Source: Octopus vulgaris (Eukaryota). Taken from it: a DNA stretch of 64,000 bases. Positions 54,296 through 64,000 of the stretch are shown here, piece by piece. The stretch covers positions 96,534,001-96,598,000 of the forward strand of contig OX597814.1 of the NCBI GenBank assembly GCA_951406725.2, given 5' to 3'. Below the pieces are notes generated by a model. It was not told the DNA's origin. It did no database searches and saw only the letters and a list, made by a program, of their open reading frames with translations. The translations under genes were made by a program, and so were the position numbers. The stretch's first letter is position 1; each line of letters starts with the position of its first letter.

Positions 54296-54680
54296 TTGTA
54301 GTAAAGATTGTTTGCCAAAATAACATGGCAGTCCTGGTTTAGGACGAATGTTGCTGTAATTTAGCCCCAGGAGACATCGTCTCCAACTGGCTATACGACA
54401 CGATATATGTCTTTATATTTTCGAACAAGGGAATCTAGCACCCCCACTCAGCTCAAAACAATATCTGTGTATCGCGATAAAGTGAAATAACTTGGAAATC
54501 ACGATACACAGATATTGTTTTGAGCTGAGTGGGGGTGCTAGATTCCCTTGTTCGAAAATATAAGGACACAGATCGTGTCGTATAGTCAGCTAGAGACGAT
54601 GTCTCCTGGGGTTAAATTACAGCAACATTCGTCCTAACCCAGGACTGCCATGTTATGTTGGCAAACAATCTTTACTACAA
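54296..54680. mobile_element. Foldback/palindromic MITE (~183-bp arms, 19-nt spacer)
   Basis: Near-perfect inverted arms starting TTGTAGTAAAGATTGTTTGCCAA. Confidence 0.9.
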
Positions 54681-54959
54681 TCCCGTGGTCATGCTTAAAA
54701 TTTACCCAACAAGATGTTTTTGATGTTTGCAATTCCATTGTTTCGCGTTATCAACAGTACATAGACCAGAATGATCATCAGTTTGAAAGCAGGCGTTCAC
54801 AAAATATCAAATTCTGTCTATACATTCTATAAAATTTTGAAAATAAAATGTATTTTAATACACTGACTTTATTATCATTCAATGTGCGTATATAATCTTG
54901 GGGAAATCCTATATATATATATATACACACACACAAAATAAGCAACAAGAATATCTTCA

Positions 54960-56740
54960 GTAATTAGGTACGATCGTTTCACGCTACATCATTTTATTAA
55001 ACATTGTAAGTATTACAACAGTTTTAAAATGTTGAGCAATAATCAGCCATTTATAGAGGTTTTCCATTAATACATATTTTCATATTAATTGATAACATTA
55101 TAGAGAGGGTAGATATATAGACAGAGATGTCGATTTGAATTTTAAGAACATTAAGGTAGTAGAATTTATCTTCTGACTGAAGAATATTCTTTAAGTTATT
55201 TTGAACTGCTAGAAGGTGGGGAAGTATATTCAGTTGAATGGAGACAAAAGAGATTTTCTATTTATAGAAAGAGGGGTGAAATAAATGTCAGAAGTTATTG
55301 CTAAAGAAATTAAAGTAGAGAGGGGGTTATAATGCCCTAGAAGCTGTTTATTGCTATTTCGCAAAACAGAAATGGGATATAGTAAGGAAAGCACGGCCTT
55401 ATAAAAACAATAGAGATGGCTGTGAACTTTGTTCTATGGAAACATATGAAATTTTAAAACATAGGAATAATATAAATCTGTTAAATAACCGTTCTGAACT
55501 AGGAGAATCTTGCATACATCGCACAACCCGTACGTTTAAATACTTTAAATAATAATATTGTTACCATTCCTAAATTTTTCAAATTCTAATTCTTCATAAC
55601 TAGATAAGAATGAATATACCATACTAGCTTTTAATTCAACATGCATAAATTACTAAAAAGACTTCATTGCATATTTAGAATTAAATTCTCTCTCTCTTTT
55701 TTTTTTTGATAATCTTCTATAATAAATAGTATGAATTCTATGTCCCTAAGGAAACTACTCAGTTCATCTTGATTACCTCACTTCCATTTCTTAATATATC
55801 ATTAAGCCAAGAAATTTTTACCTAATTAGTTTTTCTCCGTGGGTAGTAAATATGTCTAACAGATTCTTTAATTTAATTCATTAATAACAATTCACTATCT
55901 ACTAAATCTGAGAAATTTACTCTCCTTGATTACTTCTCTTCATAAAAATAAATCACCTTCTACTAAACCTAAGAAAATTATTCAGCTTCATTTACTCCTC
56001 TTCCATTTTTCTAATATATATAATTGACCCCTAATATATTCACTTTATTAATAAGACTTTTGTCCTCAGTTATTGAGTATTATGCCTACTCATAATAAAT
56101 GATAGATTTTTTCTAGCCAAAAATTAATAAATGCATTAGAAAAAAATTTATAATTTCTTTTTTAATCCAATCGTATGACACATCGTAGATAATCAACAGT
56201 TACTTAGCTTATATAATAGCGAAAAAATGCCTTAAAATGGAAAAATATGATGGTAAATTTTTTTTAAATCGTAGACTCATCGTAGACGCGCGCTAATACC
56301 AGAAGGGCTCGATATGACGACTATAAGATACCCGTTTTGGTTAAACTGCACCGCAAAATGTGGAAGTAGTTGCCAAATCGAAGCAGACAGACACACAACT
56401 TCATTTTTATATATAAAGATATAACCCACGTAGTTACTTTAATTTTTTTAGCAATAACTTCTAAAAGAAAATTTATTTCACCCTATTTCTATAAATAGAA
56501 AATCTTTTTGGTCTCCATTCAACTGAATATACTTCCCCACTGTTTCTAGCAGTTATATACATATATCTATAAAGAATATTATATAATAAAATATATACAG
56601 AATAAGTTCTATATTTATGTTCTATAAATATTCAAATCGACATCTCTGTCTATATTACCCTACTACCATAATGTTAACGATTAATAGAAAGTAAATTAAT
56701 GGAAAACCAATTTAAATGGCTGATTATTGCTCAACATTTT
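54960..56740. mobile_element. Old element with inverted ~300-bp arms and a decayed hammerhead, probably Penelope-like
   Basis: 55026-55330 is a diverged inverted repeat of 56421-56740; minus-strand CTGATTA..GAAA-cgatcg-TA at 54965-55050. Confidence 0.55.
56205..56419 (-). mobile_element. Helitron 5' portion, same family as 11298-11691
   Basis: Aligns with 11470-11691; lacks the hairpin/CTAG end. Confidence 0.85.
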
Positions 56741-58193
56741 ATAGCAATTCGACCGTCGGTGTGTTTTTGCAAATGTGTTGGAATGAGAAGTGAGTTGTGT
56801 TTGGCGCCTTTTTTACTAATAACAAACACACACGTGTTTGTATGTAGTTGTTTGAAACGTTTCTGTTTGTCACTGTCATATATGTATGTGTATGCGTGTG
56901 TGTGAGGAATGACACACACACACTCACGCACGCACACATATATATTCCTTAATGTCGAACGATGAAAATGAGTGCTCAACACTATATTGGTGGATAGAAT
57001 TTCTTTATTTCTTAATTGGGGGTGAAATTGGAAATTTTCATGTTAAAACAACTAGGGAAATATCATAGAGTCTTAACAATTTTTTCCAATCGATTGCATT
57101 TTAGGAGATGAACACCTTTCCTCCATGTGATCGGCTTGAACACCTATATACATACATATATACATGTATATATGTATGTATATATATATATTTATATATA
57201 TATATATATATATAAATTTACAGAAAGAAAAGACAAAGACAGGTGTATAAACAGTGAAGCAGGTGTATTAGTTTGATGCTCGGGGAGTGGGAAAGTCTTT
57301 CAAGTTTCGAGCTTACGCTCTTCAACAGAAAGGAACACGAGGAAATAAACAGAGAGAGAATAAAAGAAGAGATAGAGAAAGTACACACACACACATATAC
57401 ACACATACATAGCCTTGAACAGCGCTACACCTTCATTCTCCAAACCCAAACACCAATTGAACTAAACACTCCTCTCAGTGACATCCTCTACACACCTTTT
57501 TAAAAAATATTTCTTTGATTACTTCTTTAAATTAAACATTTTTGTATTCTTTATTTTCACTTATTTTTTATCCGTCTCACACGTATCAAAATAATCAACA
57601 CCTACTAGCTAAGTATAAATCTGATGTATATAAGTATAAAGGAATCTCTGTATTCTCTATAACTTTTTGGTATATAGGTGGTCATTGTGACCATCTAGCA
57701 TTGACCTAGTTTTCTTGATACAAAATCTGTTTTGCAACACCAACGCACTCACACACGCATCACTTCGTCTCTCACACCTCATCACACCCCTCCACACATA
57801 CACAGGCACAAACAAATGCACATATATATACATGCACACGCACTCTTAAGCACATACACAAACACATAGCCACACCCCCATACGCACTCATGCAAATACA
57901 TACGCACACACAGCCACAGCCACCGACTCACACACTTTACACTTCGTCTCTCACGTCTCACCACCGAATCGAACCTCACCATTAATCTGTATGTATTATA
58001 AACATATATACATACATTAACACACGAACGCAAGTCCATGGCTATATATATACATACATACATACATACACACATACATAGCCTTGAACAGCGATACACC
58101 TTCACTCTCCAAACCCAAACACCAATTGAACTAAACACTCCCCCCAGTGACATCCTCTACACACCTTTTTAAAAAATATATACATATATATAC

Positions 58194-58261
<68 letters not shown>

Positions 58262-58269
<8 letters not shown>

Positions 58270-58450
58270 AAATCCGTTCTGTCTGTCTGTCTGTCTGTGT
58301 GTGTCTTCTAGGATCTCGAGCATCCTCCATCCGATTGCGCTCAAATTTTATATGTAGATACCGACGGTATCAGGGCGTGTATAAGTCTTGAAAAAATTAC
58401 AAAAATCGATTCCAGGTGAGAATGCGATCGATCGTAAAGTAAATAAAATC
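58262..58450 (+). mobile_element. Possible Helitron-like 5' fragment
   Basis: TATATATAAAA followed by (GTCT)n and CCGATT..AAATTTT, similar in layout to the other Helitron's 5' end. Confidence 0.4.
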
Positions 58451-58636
58451 GTTTTTCTTTGGAATAGAAAAAAGTTTATCTTTATTTCTTCTTTTGTTAG
58501 TGTCTCAAATTTAGGTTAAATCAGTGTTTCTCAAACGGGAGGCCTATGGGACGGTCGGACAAGTTATTTTGAGATTGCATTTTAGGAGATGAACACCGAC
58601 CTCCATTGGACGGCGGAGGGGACATTTTCTTCGTAT

Positions 58637-58681
<45 letters not shown>

Positions 58682-58685
<4 letters not shown>

Positions 58686-59907
58686 GTCATTCCATGAATA
58701 GTACGCTCTTTTATAGTTCTTTTATTTTTCAAAATTGAGATAAATAAAGTTCTTTTTTAATCTAAAATATTCTCTCTTTCATTTTCCGCAATGCTCTTCC
58801 ACCTATCTAGTAGACTTGCAAGGCCTCTCTTCCAAAATTCACTTGCCCATGACGAAAAATACTCCTCAAGAACTGTTCTGACCTCTTCTACAGAATTGAT
58901 ATTTTTTTCCGTCCAAATGATTTTGAAAACTGCGGAATAAATGGTAAGATGGGACAATATCCGGCGAATATGGTGGGTGGGGCATCGTTTCCCATTCAAA
59001 CTGCTCCAGCCTTTGGAATGTCATCCTCGCTGTATGTGGCCGAGCATTATCCTGATGGAAGAACACCTTTCGTCTTCAAACCAAATACGGTCGCTTTTCT
59101 TCTAGGGCTGACTTAAGCTGCTCAAGCTGCTCGCAGCAGATCTTCTTTGTTATCGTTTGGTTTGGGTTTAAAAGTTCAAAGTGGACTAAACCTTTAATAT
59201 CCCACCAAACAGATAACAACACCTTATGTGGCTGAAGTCCTTCTTTAGCTTGGGGTGCCGGTGTTTCTCTTTTCCCTACTCACTGTCTTCGGCGCTTGAC
59301 ATTTTATAGAGAACTCATTTTTCGTCACCAGTCACTATTCGGCCCCCAAAAAGGTTCATTCCTGAGACGTGACAACAAAGAAAAGCACACATTCACTCTC
59401 TGCGTGCAATTAGACTCGGAAAGTTTGTGAGGATCCCATTGACCCAATTTGCAGACATTTCCGATGGCAGGCAGGTATCGATGAATGGTTGCATGACCAA
59501 ATCCAAGCTTCTCTGCGAGTTCTTCAACAGTTACGATGGGATTTTGATCCACCAGGGTAAGCAGGACGTCTTCGTCGAGCTCTACAGATCTTCCAGAACG
59601 AAGCTCGTATTCTAGGGTGTAGTTTCCGGCTCGGAATTTCTGGAACTACCGTTGGCACTGGTTCACGCTTATTGTCCATCCCCATATACTGCATTAATGT
59701 TCCTCGCACTTGCGTTGTTGCCGAATATGCTCCTTTGTCTCTTCCATTATAATGGAACTGCACTCTTCAAAACTTGCACTAAGAATAAGTACTAAGTAAA
59801 ATTACCACCTGCTTTTATAGCAAGTTGATGCAGGTAGTTGCTCCCGTCACCGTCCGACTTTTAGTTCATGCAACTGAAAAAAACGCATTATTTATGGGAT
59901 AACACAA
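58682..59907 (-). mobile_element. mariner (DD34D) element, full-length and decayed
   Basis: TA-flanked TIRs; LGQWDPHKL, VTGDEK, FHQDNARPHTA, HPPYSPDIVPSYHLFRS. Confidence 0.92.
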
Positions 59908-60182
59908 TATATATTATATATATATATATTATATATGTATATATACATATATATATATACATATATATATATACATTCATACATACATACATACCTATCT
60001 ACATATATATATATATATATAAAATAAATATAAAAAGTGGTCACTATGTTGATCACTCTAGCACTAGTTAATCAAAGGTTTCAACCACGAAAATACATGT
60101 TTCCCATGAAATTTTATATGTAGATACCGACGGTATCAGGGCGTGTATAAGTCTTGAACAAATTACAAAAATCGATTCCAGG

Positions 60183-60272
60183 TTATTTTGGGACAATTGT
60201 TTCGCTATTAATGAATTAAATGTAATATTACTTACAATAATCCATTTGTAGCTCGTCAGCCAAGACTATCTG
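60183..60272 (-). ncRNA. Type I hammerhead ribozyme, inverted copy
   Basis: Reverse complement of the plus-strand motif with an intact core. Confidence 0.8.
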
Positions 60273-60942
60273 GATGAAATCCACTCAATCACACGCCAGA
60301 TTTTACCATAACGATAAATACGCGTGTGGTTCAATTGATTACATCCGACGTTATAATTAAATGCCCCAACCAACAGCGCGCCAAACTCTCACGGAAAACA
60401 AATACAGCATTTAGAAATAAATGCAGCATAATTATAATTAATTAATAAGGGTGAGAGAATTAGATACTAATTTAATAGTATATTTATTCCACACCAAGTG
60501 GCCTAGTTTTGTTATTTTTTATTTGCCCTGTCCGTGTGAGCTAACAGTCGTACTGGCTTTCATGGGAAACATGTATTTTCGTGGTTGAAACCTTTTGGAT
60601 TAACTGGTGCTAGAGTGATCAATATAGTGACCACTCTCTTATATTTATTTTGTGAAAATATTATAATATGTTATAAAATATTATAATAATCCAGGTTTCT
60701 CGTAGCACTAGGCCACTTGGTGTGGAATAAATATACTATTAAATTAGTATCTAATTCTCTCACCCTTATTAATTAATTATAATTATGCTGCATTTATTTC
60801 TAAATGCTGTATTTGTTTTCCGTGAGAGTTTGGCGCGCTGTTGGTTGGGGCATTTGAATTATAACGTCGGATGTAATCAATTGAACCACACGCGTATTTA
60901 TCGTTATGGTAAAATCTGGCGTGTGATTGAGTGGATTTCATC

Positions 60943-61036
60943 CAGATAGTCTTGGCTGACGAGCTACAAATGGATTATTGTAAGTAATATTACATTTAAT
61001 TCATTAATAGCGAAACAATTGTCCCAAAATAATCTG
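60943..61036 (+). ncRNA. Type I hammerhead ribozyme
   Basis: cagat..ttgg-CTGACGA-gcta(extended stem II)tagc-GAAA-caattg-TC^ccaa..atctg; predicted cleavage after 61023. Confidence 0.85.
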
Positions 61037-61474
61037 TATTTTTGTTATTTTTATTTGCCCTGTTCGTGTGAGCTAACAGTCGTACTGGCTTTCATGGGAA
61101 ACATGTATTTTCGTGGTTGAAACCTTTTGGATTAACTGGTGCTAGAGTGATCAATATAGTGACCACTCTCTTATATTTATTTTGTGAAAATATTATAATA
61201 TGTTATAAAATATTATAATAATCCAGGTTTCTCGTAGCACTAGGCCACTTGGTGTGGAATAAATATACTATTAAATTAGTATCTAATTCTCTCACCCTTA
61301 TTAATTAATTATAATTATGCTGCATTTATTTCTAAATGCTGTATTTGTTTTCCGTGAGAGTTTGGCGCGCTGTTGGTTGGGGCATTTGAATTATAACGTC
61401 GGATGTAATCAATTGAACCACACGCGTATTTATCGTTATGGTAAAATCTGGCGTGTGATTGAGTGGATTTCATC

Positions 61475-61568
61475 CAGATAGTCTTGGCTGACGAGCTACA
61501 AATGGATTATTGTAAGTAATATTACATTTAATTCATTAATAGCGAAACAATTGTCCCAAAATAATCTG
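61475..61568 (+). ncRNA. Type I hammerhead ribozyme
   Basis: Identical to 60943-61036; predicted cleavage after 61555. Confidence 0.85.
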
Positions 61569-61837
61569 TATTTTTGTTATTTTTTATTTGCCCTGTCCGT
61601 GTGAGCTAACAGTCGTACTGGCTTTCATGGGAAACATGTATTTTCGTGGTTGAAACCTTTTGGATTAACTGGTGCTAGAGTGATCAATATAGTGACCACT
61701 CTCTTATATTTATTTTGTGAAAATATTATAATATGTTATAAAATATTATAATAATCCAGGTTTCTCGTAGCACTAGGCCACTTGGTGTGGAATAAATATA
61801 CTATTAAATTAGTATCTAATTCTCTCACCCTTATTAA

Positions 61838-61880
<43 letters not shown>

Positions 61881-61974
61881 ATATCTATATATCTATTATA
61901 TACATACATATGTATATAAACATATATATAATTATATATGTGTGTGTGAATGTGCGTGTGCGTGTGTTATTCTC

Positions 61975-62081
<107 letters not shown>

Positions 62082-62646
62082 CGCGAGAGAATAAAAATAT
62101 CAGTATGGAAGGTTTCACAGACACCTCAAGAGTATAAAGTAAATCATTATTCATTGTGGGAGTGGTTTTGCAGTGGTGATTTAAAAAGAGAAATTGATTG
62201 TTTGCTGGCCGTTGTTCAAGATCACGCTCTAAATTGTTACTCAGTGAGCAAGTGTTATCTTTGTAACGCTTCAACGAACAAGTGCCGTCTATGTAGCTAA
62301 TAAGTGGAGAATAATGGGCAAATTACTGAAGGTTTCATAGTGTTGGCTTACAAAGAATAGAAGCCATAACGTTATGGGGGTTATCTTAGTTTACACAGGT
62401 TACATAAGTCACAAGACTTCAGACAAATGGTACAATCAAGTACGAGGATAAGGATAGAAACAAAAATACTATGAGTTTTTGATAGAGAAAACAATTGAAT
62501 TCCGTGGACCAGATGTGATTATATAAAGGGTTGGTTTTGATTCAATTAGATTTGTTCAAATTGTGTCGCGCACCAAGAGAATGCCTCGCGCACACACTCA
62601 AGCGGAGGACGCTATGATGAACTTTCACTACATCACTGTAACTAAT

Positions 62647-63076
62647 AGGCGCAGGAATGGTTGGTAAGTAACTTATTTACCAACCACATGGTTCCAGGTT
62701 CAGTCCCACTGCGTGGCACCTTGGGCAAGTGTTTTCTACTATAGCCTCGGGCCGACCAAAGCCTTGTGAGTGGATTTGGTAGACGGAGACTGAAAAAAGC
62801 CCGTCGTATATATGTATATGTATATGTATATGTGTGTGTGTGTGTGTATGTGTGTGTGTGTGTGTGAGAGTGTGTGTGTTTATATGTCTTTGTTTGTTAC
62901 CCCAACATCGCTTGGCAACCGGTCCTGGTGTGTTTACGTCTCCGTAATTTAGCGGTTCGGGAAAAGAGACCGATAGAATAATTATTAAGCTTACAAAGAA
63001 TAAGTCCTGGGGTGGATTTGCACGACTAAAGGCGGTGCTCCAACATGGCCGCAGTCAAACAAGTAAAAGAGTAAAA
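62647..63076 (+). mobile_element. SINE family B, full length
   Basis: Shared head, core and tail motifs. Confidence 0.88.
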
Positions 63077-63189
63077 CCCGCACGAAGTATAAAACATCAT
63101 TCCTCAGCTTCTGTAGAGCAGAAGGTCTCGCTGACAATTCTCTAATTGGATCCTGCACTTCCTAACACTGGCCCTGATTACATATGCCA

Positions 63190-63490
63190 TAAAAAAAAGA
63201 GAGTGTTTTGTAGTAGAGATTGTAATTCTTTCAGGTAAAAACATTACTGAGAAGTAAATAGAAAATATCTCGAAATATGTTTGTTGATTAAAAATTAAAG
63301 ATATCAAATTTTGGCCAGCAACAAAAGTGACAGTTGTGCCAGTTATCATCTGAGAATCAGGTTCAATCTCACCAAAATTATTATACCGTCTTGAACAGTT
63401 GCACTCCAGGACTGAAAAGCGCATGTTACCAAAATCTGTTTTCCCTGGAACAGAGCTTTTTTTTTGTGCACACCAAAAGCGTAGAAGAAC
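63190..63490 (+). mobile_element. R4/Dong RLE-domain relic (continues a fragment at about 62380-62525)
   Basis: KKRECFVVEIVI..ISKY..KVTVVPVII*ESGSI; upstream DKWYN..KIL..RGPDV. Confidence 0.6.
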
Positions 63491-63587
63491 TATGCTTATG
63501 TTGTTATGTAGTTCTTTAATGCAAGTAATGGCTATCTGATATCTAAATTTTATTTCAGCACTTCTGATTCTTGCTGTGTTGGTCATA

Positions 63588-63748
<161 letters not shown>

Positions 63749-63827
63749 AGAGTTTTATGTTTTATGTCTCCTCTCTTGATTTTCAAATCTCGCGATGCTG
63801 AAATATGCCGAATATCTTAGGAGCAAC

Positions 63828-63828
<1 letters not shown>

Positions 63829-63885
<57 letters not shown>

Positions 63886-64000
63886 TGATGATGATGATGA
63901 TAATAATGATGATAATGATAATAATAATAATAATAATAAAAATAATAATGATGATGATGATGATGATGATTATTATTATTATTATTATTAATAATAATAA
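63829..64000. repeat. (AAT)/(GAT)/(TTA) compound microsatellite
   Basis: Read directly. Confidence 0.95.

Larger units (their letters stand above)
52715..54912 (+). mobile_element. Tc1-like transposon, decayed, with three nested insertions
   Basis: Imperfect TIRs (..TGTCCCCAAAAATGTATAC / GTATATAATCTTGGGGAAATCC); KSVQQASYETGIS, DRRIEFCE, FQQDGA, NRWI..EYPPPSPDL. Confidence 0.7.
60021..61841. repeat. Hammerhead-containing 532-bp tandem array (about 2.5 direct units, 60507-61841) with an inverted arm (60021-60506); retrozyme/Penelope pLTR-like
   Basis: Period 532 bp (CTGACGA at 60956 and 61488); near-identical units; no ORF; flanked by (TA)n. Confidence 0.92.

Noticed and set aside
60507-61841. 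CRISPR array or ordinary satellite
   Set aside because: No repeat-spacer structure; only about 2.5 units, each complete one carrying a ribozyme, in a eukaryotic context.
63104-63586. 160-aa minus-strand ORF as a host gene
   Set aside because: Largely the antisense of a decayed R4 endonuclease region.

Overview
Repeat-saturated, AT-rich eukaryotic DNA, most likely intergenic or intronic. The two SINE families and the dense microsatellites suggest an octopus genome (inference). I can support no host protein-coding exon. The window holds a head-to-tail train of R4/Dong-type (RLE) LINEs in (AAT)n, one with a 730-aa uninterrupted RT-zinc knuckle-endonuclease frame. It also holds decayed RTE, CRE, CR1 and Penelope fragments, several mariner/Tc1 elements and MITEs, a Chapaev3-like element with TTA TSDs, a hAT relic, non-autonomous Helitrons and many SINE copies. 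The most striking structure is at 60021-61841: a young, ORF-less 532-bp tandem array with an inverted arm. Each complete unit carries an intact type I hammerhead ribozyme with a palindromic stem III, as in retrozymes and Penelope pLTRs, and is predicted to release a 532-nt (possibly circular) RNA. Five more hammerhead motifs, intact or decayed and with different helix sequences, are scattered across the window. All coordinates were read by eye, and the edges of decayed elements are approximate.
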